This document shows, one piece after another, positions 12,601 through 25,859 of a stretch of 64,000 bases of DNA. The notes below the pieces were generated by a model. It was not told the origin of the DNA, ran no database searches, and was given only the letters and a program-made list of their open reading frames with translations. Each line of letters opens with the position of its first letter. Positions within the stretch are counted from its first letter, which is position 1. Position numbers and translations under genes: made by a program. The stretch comes from Octopus sinensis. Its lineage: Eukaryota. Location of the stretch: the NCBI RefSeq assembly GCF_006345805.1, contig NW_021833017.1:28870-92869 (forward strand), in the 5' to 3' direction.

Positions 12601-15196
12601 AAAAAGAGGCACCGAGAATGAAGTGTATGTCTTCGGGTCAATTTGAACCCATGACTCTTGGATTGTTAATCTAATATTTCATACATTCCATTCATTCTTT
12701 CTCCTCTAAACATTGGTGCTACCATTAAGCAGCAACAATTTGGAAAGTGGGAAATTTCCGGACACTTAGACTTCCACAACAGTTTTCACAAATTAATAAA
12801 AGAAAAAAAAACAAACAATTTAATGTGAAGATTAAATGGGGTGGAATTTAACTAGGATTCATAATAAATATATAACTTGGAAAAGAGAAGTCACATTGAA
12901 TAATGTAGTCTAAGATACACAATGCCTAAGGGAAAAGGGTACAATTATGGCTGAAATGTCATTGATCTACGAGACCAAGACTAATTCAAAGCTAAGCAAC
13001 AAGAAAGAATGGGATTCACCGAAGTTGAATTCAGCTGATCTTTGACCATTTCCTTGGCTGTCTTCATTGGTTTCTGCAATTATTTCCTGCAAATAGCTTG
13101 TTATTATTCGCCATTCATCAGTCACCTGTAATTGATAATTTTTCTTAGAAATGACTGATGCATAAATTATAGTAAAAGAGATTTTTTTATCTTTTAACAC
13201 CAACCGGTTATTTTATTTGATAAAGAACACAGACACACATCCATGCAGTTTGGCACTGCATCTTTGTCTTCTTTCATCTCCTTCTCAACCACTTCCAGCC
13301 GCCACCCTCGGATCTCCTCTCCTCTAGCAAGACACCTGTGCTTGTCTTCTATCATACTTTAGCCTTTCAAAACCTGGTATAAAGTCACTCCCAGCCCCAC
13401 CTAGAAGTTGGAACTTTCCCTTTTCTGGTGGTATGAAAAGAAACCCCATCCAGTACAGTGCAAAGGGGCTGGTGTTAGGAAGGGCATCCAACCATAAAAA
13501 CCGTGCCAAAACTGACACTGGAACTCAGTGCTGGGTCCTGTCCAAAGGTCCAACCTCTGCAAGCATGGAAGGAAGATGTTAAATGGTGACAAGGATGACG
13601 ACATTCATACATCGTACAACCATGCACGTATACACACGTGTATGCAGCACATTATATATGCATGTGTAGTACATGTGTGTGTGTGTGTGTGTTGGGATGG
13701 CAGAGGTCAGTAGCAGCAGCAGGATGTAGGGTCAGGAGGCTGAGTGATGTGTGGGTGTGTGCATGAGTATGTACAGGTGTATGTGTGTGCACGTGTCCCT
13801 TTCTCCAAACATGACAGTTACCCCCTCTCCTACTCTCTCTCTCACACACACACACACACAAGCACTGTGGTGTGCCCTTGTGCGCTTTTCCTGTCACTGG
13901 CCTAGGCAGATAAAATGCAAGGATCTCCACCGGTCAAGGTTAATTCTACTTCTACACATGTCTGTAGAGGCCTGGGCAAGATTTTCAAGGAAGACTGACC
14001 ATTGGCCATACATACAAGTTCTCCCCTCTCTCCAAGTTACCAATGTTTAATCCAATGGAAAGGTCACTGACTTGGGTCGCATATATTGGGTGGTCAGCAT
14101 GCACCAAATGGTTGGGTGTACCATTAAGAGGTCGGTTGTAAGTGGTGGTGGCAATGGCAGTAGTAGCAGCCAGCAGCAGCAGTGTGTGTCCGTGTGTCAC
14201 CCCCACAATAACCAACAGGGTTGCAGAACTACTAAAATACTTTTTTTATCTTTCATGTTGTGTGATGAAGAAATGAAATTTAATAAAGCAATGTGAAGAA
14301 TGTGTGGCCTTCATGAGAGGCTGGAAGGGAAATTAGATTAACATGAAACTGAAACTGTACCAGAGAATCCTTGAAGAAGTTGTACAAAAGGATATCATTG
14401 AATTCTAAGCCTTTTGATTCAGCAATTGTGAGAACAATTGCAGATGAAAGAAAACTGGGTAATTCCTGTTTTGCCTGATTATTTGCCACAAGAATAGCCT
14501 GAAATAGAAGAGAACAAAACATGAGAGAAAAGGCAGAGAACAACACGAGAGAGGAAGAAAAAGTAACAAAAAAACAAAAAAACTATCGATATATAACTAG
14601 AAATAGTAACAGTACAAAAACAACAACATAAGCTTAGCTATTGAATCCAGAAGGATTCAATTAAGATTGAATAAAACAAAAGAGATTTTTATGGTTCTTT
14701 GCATTATGGTTTGTCTGAGAAAATTCAGAGAATCTGAAATACATCAGAATTGGATTCAAAAAGTAGCACTACACTTTGTAGATTCCTTGCCAAAGGAAAA
14801 TCCATCCAAGAATTATGGGAACATAACAACTACATTGATAACATTCCATGCCTTTCTAGAATTCTTATAAAATCAAAAAATTCTTGATTTCATCCAGTTT
14901 TGTGTACATCCGATGTAACGATATTTTGCGGAATCATTTGTCATAATTGTTGCATGATATGCTACATTCTTTCTTTTTAAGAGAAAAACTGTAGTATTCC
15001 GGGCACGTGCCTGCTATATCCTAAGAATACATGTCTATCCTGAGGATACACATCTTAGAAGAACAGAATGGAGTGAGTGGAACAAGAACACACGAAAATG
15101 AAATGTTGCTGAAGAGGTCATAGAGTGCAACAAAAACTTTCTGAACAATGGACATGAGTTAAAATAATAAAATAAGAACAGTAATAAACAAGTAAA

Positions 15197-15267
<71 letters not shown>

Positions 15268-16263
15268 CATATATATATATAGTGCGTGTGTTTATTTGGC
15301 AAAAAAAAAAAATTACCATCCCAAAATACAATATCTGTTTCAACACCTGATTTCACATCAGGAATCTTGCAAAATGAATTGACATACTAATATGTATGTA
15401 TGTATGTGTATATATATATGTCAGGTCACTTTCGAGTGCTGCTGGTAACATGTAACCCAGTACAACCTGTGGCATGGTCGGGTCATCGGCGACTAAACCG
15501 GCAACCCCACCAAGCTCGCTTGGTGAGGAGGCTGTTTATTGGACACCCTGCGGGATGAAAAGCAAAACCCCTCAAAGGGCGGAGGAACTCTTGAGAGTCA
15601 ACGGCCATCCAATAAATGCGGTTTTTTTTAAGGCTTAAGGCTGTATCATGCGCGGGGACATAGAAATAATCGGACTGAATACCCGATCGCGCGGTTAAAC
15701 CATTGGGAGTGAAGGACTCCTAGCCTTTGTTAAGGCATCCTTCTAGGAGAAGGTAACTCAGGTAACTGGGATAACTCAGTGGTTACCGATGATGTTGACT
15801 TGTTCTTCTTTTCAGATTATGGCTGCTGTTGCTTAGTGAGTGGGATTGACTCAGTGCACAGCCTTTCTTCACTTTAAAAAAAAATCTTCTTGCACAGGCA
15901 TTGCACGATAACATTGTTCATGATTGTTGATAGTGCTGTGAGTCTCAACTGAATGGCTGGTTGTGGCCTTAAAAAGCAAATAAAAGTCACATTCGATCAC
16001 AGCACCAATAACAGTTAAGCTTCGTGCAATGGCCATACTCGATAACGAGGGAGCAGCCATCATATATATACATACATATATATATATTTACACATATGTA
16101 TGTCTGTGTAATGTGAGTGTCTGTCTTCGAGTGTATGTGTGTATCTGGATCTAAGTACGTATCTATATGCATCTTTATATATCTGTGTGTATATGTATAG
16201 ATGTGTATATCCACGTGTACCCACATATATGAGTTCATGTATGTATATGTATGTGTATATATA

Positions 16264-16313
<50 letters not shown>

Positions 16314-17336
16314 TGTATATGTACATGAAACTACTTTTAATCTTCCTTTCATTTTCTATTTTCTTTTTCCTCGAAGCAAATATGACAGCAAAAGCTAATT
16401 CGGTCATTTTATCCAAACAGGAACACAAGATTTCCACGTATATTTCAATTTTTTGCGTTTCTATAATATTATTTGCTTTTATTCATTCTTGAACAATAAG
16501 CCAGCCAACACTAAAAAATATCTAGTGGGGCTTCTTTACCAAAGTACCTGAAGAGACCCAGACTGATTGGTTGAAACATGTCATACTTAATAAAAATATA
16601 ATATGAAATCCATCTCCTACTATTAATTAATACCATTATCCTAAGTGCCACTGCAAAGTTCCTGAAGTAAATCCAAGGGAGGTGTACCACAACTATGGAT
16701 GTCAACCTGTAGCCTCAACCGTGCCAGTTCTCTACTCAGCATTTAAACACACTAATCTAATCATATGTATTTGTCTAAATTTTCTATTATCATATATATA
16801 TATATATAAACTATTGAAAAGGTTGCAAGACACAACGAAAATTTTAGGAAAATAAAAATAAGAAAAAAGTGGAAATTTTACCAGTGAGTGTGTTACATTA
16901 TAAGGCACAAAAAGAGAATGACTCTCCCCAGACACAACAGAATATGCTTCAGCACACGAACTCATATAAAGAACCTTGCAAACCAAATCCAAAAATGAAA
17001 TATATATATATATATATATATATATAGTCATTACAGATATAGGGTGAAATATAATTAATTTAATAAAATCAACAAATTTCACCTAGTAGTATTTCGGTAT
17101 GGAAAAGGACCATATTCGGTAAAAATTTATATAATTATAATAATAAGAGTTTTTTGCAACAAGTTGCTTAAACCACATACTGAAAATTTTAGAAATAGCA
17201 GCTAAAAGACTACTATTCTCCACAGACAACAATATTTGTAACTCACATAAGGAAATAGTGGTCTTTTGGCTGCTATTTCTAAAATTTTCAGTATGTGGTT
17301 TAAGCAACTTGTTGCAAAAAACCCTTATTATTATAA

Positions 17337-17389
<53 letters not shown>

Positions 17390-20300
17390 CACCCACATAC
17401 AATGGGATTCTTTCAGTTTCTGTCAACCAAATCCACTCACAAGGCTTTTCTTGGCTTGAGGTTGTAGTAGAAGACACTTGCCCAAGGTACCACGCAGTGG
17501 GTCTGACCTCAAAACCATGTAGTTAGCAAGCAAACTTCTTAACCATACAACCACATCTGTGCCTATAGTTAAAGGTGTATATGTGTGTGTGTGTGTAACA
17601 GGTAAATTCCACATACACAACAGGTCAGCATCACAAGGATGAAGTGTCCCTGGTGAAATACTCAAAACTTACAAGTTTCCTTTTATATATGAAGGAAGAA
17701 GAAAGCCAGAAGTGAAGTTCTGGTGAAGTTGATGTGCTTCTGATGCTCAGCCTGAAAATCCGTAGGTAAAAACACAGGTGAGCCAAGAGTGGCAGATCTG
17801 TTTCAGCGAACAGAGTAAATTCTTGTGAAATTAAAATAGCAGCCAACTCTCCCACAAATCTTACCATCTTAAATAAAGGGTACACTGGACAACGTAGTCT
17901 CTGCTATACAAAATTATGGGATGGTCACAAGTGGAATGGCTTTGACCAACAGTGTGCTGAAACAGGGCTAGTTTGGGGCTCAACAACAACTCTGCTAAAA
18001 CAAAGGCTGACCATGGACAAAGTGATGGCATTAAAACGGGTGCCATGTTATGTTTACCAATCAAGAAATAGAGGGAAAAAAATGGTCCATAATAACTAGG
18101 TTGTTTCATATGAAATGTTGCATTTTTAATTACTTGTTATTTCAATCATTTAAAAACTCAATTATTTACACCTTAATTATTTACACCTTGTATTTAATCT
18201 TGACTCTTACTCCTTCCCAATAATATTAGTATACAAAATTCGTACCCACAGACCTTATGAAAATGATAACCAAACTATGTTGAGTGATTTTCTCATAGAG
18301 CACAAACTGGGTCACTCTACTGCAGAAGTTCTACGGAATATCAAGTGGGGCCATCAAAACTGTTCAGAGATGGTTCCAAAGCTCGCGTTCAGGAGATGAT
18401 AGCCTTGAAAATAAACCAAGGGGTAGGCCAAAATCAGTTATTCGGCATGATGGTTTGTTCCACATGAACTGAATGAGATTCAAAAAAAAGACGCCTCGAA
18501 GAGTGCTCCTTATTGCTTTCTCAACTGGAATAAGACCATTTTAGCATTACTTGTGATGAGAAATGGATACTCTTTGACAACAGGAGAGTCACCTAAACAT
18601 TACCCAAACCCACCACTGCACCCTAAAAAAGTTAGTGGTCACTGTATGGTGGTCTGCAAAGGGAGTTATTCATTATTCATTTTTGCAACAAGGAAAAACG
18701 GTAACAGCAACATCGTATTGCCAGGAAATTGATTGTATGCATGAGGATGTGAAAAAGAAGCAACCCAGACAAGTGAATTTGCTCCACGGCAATGTACATG
18801 CTGACACTCCTCAAGCTACGGTCCAAAAGTTGCAAAGCCTGGATTATGAGATTTTGCAACATCCTCCCTAATCCCCTGATATCTCTCCTACTGATCATCA
18901 CTTATTTAAGCATTTTGAGCTTTTCATAAGTAATAAAACATTCTTAAACAGAGAAGAGGTAATTGAAGCATTCGGGCAGTTTATCACAGCAAAAAATGAA
19001 TTTTTTTTTTAAAGATGAAATACATGACATAGAGAAACGTTGGGTAAGCATCACAAATGAACATGGATCGTACTTTGATTAAATAAATCAGTTCTCTAAC
19101 ACTTCTGAAACATTTTATTGTTACCTTTCAAATACAAAATTTCATGTGAAACAACCGAATGTTATTGTGGCACTGGTACTAAAGAGGTTCTCTTATGTTT
19201 TCGACAAACTCAAACATGTCATACATACCTGCTGGGCTCCAAATTCTATCTGATTTGATCTCTGTTTTTCTCCTCCCAATAACATGATCAAGTTCTCGTT
19301 GTTACAGAACTCAAAGATTTTTGGTTTTGGGCCCTCATATGACCCAAAATCTTTCTCGGTTTTATCAAAAGATTCCGGGAAATATCTATAAGAAGGATAT
19401 CAAACATTGTGAGCGGTAAAAATAGTGTAAAAGGAAAGAGTGTTGTAAGGAGAACGCAAGAGGTTGTAACATGAGCAACAAGTATGTAACATAAGTGCTG
19501 TCACTGTGTGACATGAGTGTCATGGAAGGGATGCAGATATAGGATATGCATGTTTGTATGTGCAAGTGTCAATGTCGAATAAAAAATTAACAGTAATAAC
19601 ACTTGCAAGTCACTTAAGTTAGGCTGCGTGGCATGAGTGCAACTTCAATGTGACAGGAGGATTGTGAGAGTGTAACACGGATGATCTGAGGATGTAACAT
19701 GACATGAAAACAACAGGAGCTTGCTATGAAAGCAACTGGAGTGTAACAGGAGTGCAAAGGAGTTTCAACACATCACGAGAACATCATCATCATCGTCATC
19801 ATAGCTTTAACATATACTTTTCCATCCTTCCAAGGGGCAGACAGAATTTAAGGTAGCAACATTTAATATTAAACAAAGAAAACAAAAGGCCACATACCTG
19901 TTAAGTAAATCAAGAACACTAGAAGCCAATGAAACCACCCCACTGTGTGACCTGTAGTTGCAGGTCAAATAATGCATTGTCTGGGGTACGTTAATAGAGT
20001 GGAGTTGCTTTAAATTTGAACATATCCCTTTTAGGTAATAAAAGAGTGACTTGAGGTCACAGAATCGAAATGCAACACCTCTCATGATACTCTGGGCTGT
20101 GTCACCTGTGAGAAACATGTTGTTGGGATTTTCAACAAGTAATATCATCAGAAAGAGTTCAGCTTGGGTAAAATCCTGGACTTCATCGACATAAATCTCA
20201 TGAATGGGGCAGAAGGTTGGTTGGGAATTACGAAGCCGAGAGAATAAATTAAAAACAACATCCATCTCATCAAACAGATGTCTTTCTCTTAAGAGTTTAT

Positions 20301-23300
20301 TGTATTTCACAAATGCTTGGTATACCTGCAAATAAAAAAAAAACAACATAAAAACAATATATTTTATCACAAAATTAGACACAATTTTGCGATAAAAAAA
20401 AGAACAGACACATCAGCAGGACTTGAAACTAGTATTTGTTGTTTGTTGGGTGGTCCCAGGACTAGTTGCACCACAGACAGCTTGCCATTACCCATTCTTA
20501 AATAACATAAATACGTTTTTTTTCCTTTGCTAATTTTAATTGATTCTTTTATTTCCACACAATAATTTTCCTATCACTTTGTGTGAGCAGAATAGCTTAT
20601 TTCTCCTAATGTCTAATGTAACAAAGTATTCTAGTTTGCTAACAAAATACATCAAGGAAAATTCTTAATATATATATATCCCTTGCTTAAATAAATTTCA
20701 TCATCATTGTCGTTTTAATGTCCACTTTTTTCATGCATGCATTGGTCAGACAGAATCTTCTGAGACAGATTTTCTACAACAAAAGGCCCTCCCTGTTGCA
20801 AACCCTCACTTGTTCCAAGTAAGGTAATATCTTCCCATATATACACACATTTTTCATGGAAGATGAGAAATGAACAACTTCACTTTTATGACAACAATAA
20901 GGCTCATTTACAACCATTATGTGATGCCCCAACAAGGATGGATACACACACACACACACATACGCATGCTCACACGCACACACACGAGGCTTTTCCAGTT
21001 TCCAACTATCAAATCCAATCACAAGGTGCAGCAAAGTGGGACTGAACATAAGACTACAAGGTTGGGAAGCAAGCTTCTTAACCACACAGCTACACCAGCA
21101 CCAGTGTGTGTGTGTGTGCGCACATGTGTGCCATGTAAAACCCACTCTGCGGGGTGGTTGGTGCTAGGAAGGGCACCCAGCCATAAAAACCCTGCCAAAA
21201 CAGACACAGCAGCCTGAAGTAGTCTTCTACCTGGCCGACTCCTGTCAACCATCCTACCCATGCATGCGTGAAAGATGGACGTTAATCAGTGATGCTTGCT
21301 AGGTAGGTATCATCAATTAACACCCTTGTCCCATGCTGACATGGGTTGGATGGTTTGACAAAGGCAGATGGGTTGAAGGACTGCATTGAGCGTGAGTGTT
21401 TTGGCAACGGTTTCTATGGCTGGCTGCCCTTCCTAATACCAACCATTCTACAGTGTACTGGATGCTTTACTCGTGTCACCAGTACAAGTAAGATTATCGT
21501 GCAGTTTGCAAGATTACAAACCCCAAATGAGGGCACTTTATGCTACTGTGGCAAAATGGATTTGAAAATGAATGAATATATAGAGATAGCCAGTGGGATG
21601 TAAGCTCTGGTATGGCCTCCCAGCCTGGACAGGTTATAGGAGAGATGCCAAAGATGAACAACTTCTTTGCAGTTTAAAAAATGAGTTTATGTGGAGCCAA
21701 CATATCTACCTAGAAGAAAGCAAAGTTAGAGAAAATTTGCCTGACCCATGCTTGCATAGAAAAGTGGACATTAAGACAATAATAATGATGATCACACACA
21801 CATATATATGTACACACACATATATATGTACACACACACACACACATAATATTGAACAGTGAGAATGAGTGCTGAACACCACATTGGTGAATATTCTTTA
21901 GTTGTGGAATAAGAAGACTACTGTTGGTTTCCTGTGGAGAATTCTCAACAATTATAAAGCCTGCCACATTGGATGCATTTTATATATATACTAGCAGTAT
22001 CGCCCGGCATTGCTCGGGTTTGTAAGGGAAATAACTATATAAGCATTTTTAGAGAGTTACTTCCCTTATAAATTCGGGCTTTCTTAGCCATTTTTGTTTT
22101 GGTGTCTTCAAGCCATGAAGTCGTTGTTCTAAAAGAACGCTGGTTTCCTTCACAACGCATTACGACGTTGATTTCTTTACACTCCCTTCCCCACAGCTTC
22201 ACGAGGGAGGGAAGGGGGAGAAGCAAACAGGTGCAGCTGTGAGCGTGGACGCCAACTCCGCCGCCATCGACATACGATGCATTTTATGCATTAAAATGGA
22301 ATAAAAAATGATGTTAAATTATTTTTAAAATCGTAGACTCATCGTTGACGCGCGCTAATAGTCAGACGGGCTCGATATGAATCACGACTATAAGATACCC
22401 GAATTTGGTTAAACTGCACCGCAAAATGTGGGAGGAGTTAGGAATCTAAATCGAAAGGGACAGACACTCACACAACTAGAGTTTTATATATATAGATATA
22501 TATATATATATATATACGAGGGACGTTTGATAAGTAATGCCCCTGACCCACTTGCAGTTGCTTGATCTAGCTGAAATTTTGCAAGTGCAATCATTTATAT
22601 CTCTATAGAGTAAGTGCCAAATTACAGCTCTGAACTAATTGTGGTTTCTGATTTACAGGTATTTGAACTGAGTCAAGTGTGAAATGGAGCCTGTTGAGTG
22701 TCGAGCAGTGATTCGGTTTTTGTATTTGAAAGGACGCACACCACGGGAGACTTTTGATGAAATGAAAGTAACTTATGGTGATGATGCCCCATCATATGAC
22801 CTTGTAAAACGCTGGCATCGTGAATTCAAACATGGTCGGAACTCTGTGGAAACAGCTCCCAGATCTGGTCGCCCCCCTTCTGCCATTGATGAGGCATCTG
22901 TCCGTCAAGTTGAGGCTGCCATTTTGGAAGATCGACGCATAATTATTCGCCAAATAGCCCATGAGGTCAAGATTAGTACCGGGTCTGTGGAAACTAGCAT
23001 TCATGACCATTTGCATATGTAAAAGGTGTCTGCCAGATGGATTCCCAGGTTGCTCATGCCTTTCCAGAAGCAAGAACGCGTCGAGTGCTTGAGGATGAAT
23101 TTGGAGATGTGCCAAGAAGATGAGTCAAAATTTTTCAAAAGACTGATTACACAGGATGAAACCTGGGTCCATCACGATGATCCAGAGACCAAAGCCCAGT
23201 CAATGCAATGGAAGCACCATGACTCCAAAGAAGGCAAGGGTGCAGCCCTCCGCTGGCAAGGTCATGCTCACAGTCTTCTGGGACCAGGACGGAGTAGTGA

Positions 23301-25806
23301 TGACAGATTTCCTGGCAAATGGTGCCACAATTACAGGAGCCTATTATACTTCACTTTTGAGGAAATTAAGAGAAGTTATCAAAATCAAGAGGCGGGGCAA
23401 GATCAGCAAAGGCATCCTCCTCCTGCAGGACAACGCTCCGGTCCACAACTCGCTTGTCGCCAGATCAGAAGCACAGGCATATGGCTATGAACTCCTCCCC
23501 CACTCCCCTACTTTCCTGACCTTGCACCCTCTGATTTTCCCCTCTTCCCAGTCATGAAGTTGTTTTTGAAAGGAAAGCGTTTCCCAAATGATGCAGCCTT
23601 GATTTCTGAAGTCACGTTCAGGTTGGAGGACCAAGCTGGGGTCTTCTACAAAAACGGTCTCCAGAGCTGCATCAAACGATGGGAGAAATGCGTAACTCTG
23701 GGTGATTCCTATGTAGAAAAAGACTAATAACTGTGCCAAGTTCCGTTGCTCTACTGCTATGGGAAGTGGGTCAGGGGCATTACTTATTGAACGCCCCTCG
23801 TATAAACAAAAGACGAAGACAGGTGTATGAACAACAAGTAAGTGTATTAGTTTGATGCTCAGGAAAAATGAAAAAGTCTTTTATATTTCGAGCCTATGCA
23901 CTTCAGCAGAAAGGAATAAGACAAAATAAACAGAGAGAGAATGAGAAAAACTTGTAGATTTCAGCAAGCCAACAAAATTTTTCATTTTTCCCAAGCACCA
24001 AACTAATACACTTGCTTGTTATTCATACACCTGTCTTCACCTTTTGTTTTTCTATAAATTTCAACTATATACACCCACACATATATATATATATCAATGC
24101 TAAAAAATGTCTGCTTTAGAGAGGAAGTGAAGAATATCTTCAAAGTGTTGCAACGGAGAAATTTATGTTGGGATATTTAAGTAAACACCACAAACAATAT
24201 TGGAGATCAACCCAAATAAACATAGACAATACACCCGTAATTCATCCAAGCAAAATATTTAATCACTGAGTGTGCAGCAACCAATAGGTAACTGTTGGTG
24301 TGAATATAGACATCAGAAGAAAAAAATTCCAATTTACAAACCTTTTCCCGGTCTGAGGTGAAATTTGGCGCCTGTTTCTTCCCAATCTCCAAGTATTCAT
24401 TTTTTGATAGGAAACCTTTCTCTGAAAGCAGGGATTTATAAGAGCCTTTTATGATTGACATAATTTCAGTCCAAATAAGGGTTGGATGGCAGCCAGGGAC
24501 TGGATATTTAATTCGATTCCAAAATTCCTTCTCAAATATGTCATAGGTTACTTCATAAAAATCTTGGAAATTCCCACCAACGTCGTTCTCTTTGATGTCC
24601 ATGTCAAACAGATTGCTGGAATCTTCATCCAGCCAGTTTTTGAAGTCTGTTCTCAAAGTCATGTCTTCATTTCGAGGGAAAAAATACGGTGAACCAAGTG
24701 AGGCATCTAAAAGAACCCAAAATTTCTTGGATGTTAGAAATATTGGGAAATTGTTGTCCTGAAGATCCTGAAAACGTAACCCAGAAAATTCCATGTGGTT
24801 TTCACTCATATTCTCACCAGTACAGAGATTTTTGAAGTTCTTTTGCATTTCTGTACACAGACAATTGTTTCGTGAAATAAACAGTTGATGAAGATGGCAG
24901 TAGTTTTCGGAATCATCTTTGCTTTCATCGTCATCTGAATCATTCACATCGTCTTCATCTTGTTCTTCTGATAGAAGAGGAAATAAAAGCAGAATTGTTA
25001 CAGTTCTTTTGCAAAAAGAAAAAAAAAATTTTTTAACAGATATGTTTGTGTGGTTAAGAAGCTCATTTTGTAACCGCTTGGTTCCAGGTTCAATCTAACT
25101 ACACAGCACCTTGGGCAAGCGTCTTCTGCTTTGGCTCCGGCCAACCACTGTTTTGTGAGTGAATTGAGTGACCTAGGTAGAGGGAACTGTATGTGTGTGT
25201 CTTCAACTGTCACTTGATAACCAGTGTTGGTTTGTTGACATCCTCATTACTTAGCAAGTTGGAAAAAGAGACCAATAGAATAAGTACCAGACAGAAAAAA
25301 AAAAAAGAATCACTGGGGTCAGTTTGTTCGATTAAGACCCTTGAAGGTGATGCCCCAGCATAACTGCAGTTTAATGATTAAAATATACTAAAAAGACCAC
25401 AACCATCTTTTGGCCTCATATTCAACTCTGGCTGCCATAAAATAAAATGAGAGATAAGTCATTCAGTGGATCAGATGCCAGTTTATCACAAACTAGCTTT
25501 GCCTGAAAATTCTGTTGTACTCACTTCCTTACATAACTAGGCAATCCCATGAGCCAATGAGGGAGCTTCTACATGGGAAGTCAACCTATTAGAACTAGCA
25601 GCCAAAACTTCTCTAGAACCAAAATGTGCCATCTTAAAAAAAAATGGAATATTGGTTGGTTAATTTAGCCCAGGGTATACAATCTATGAAATCATATGGT
25701 GTGAAGGTCACAACTGGAATCATTTTTATCATAAGTATTGCTCAATCCAATCAGGCAACAACAAGTAGTCTCCATCAACATTGAAAAGACTTCAATATGC
25801 ATGGTG

Positions 25807-25859
<53 letters not shown>

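Noticed and set aside
15421-15510. Possible HDV-like ribozyme at the 5' end of an RTE-like element
   Set aside because: A P2-like pairing (tgctggt/accggca) and a CUAA are present, but P1, P3 and L3 could not be assigned convincingly. A covariance-model search is needed.
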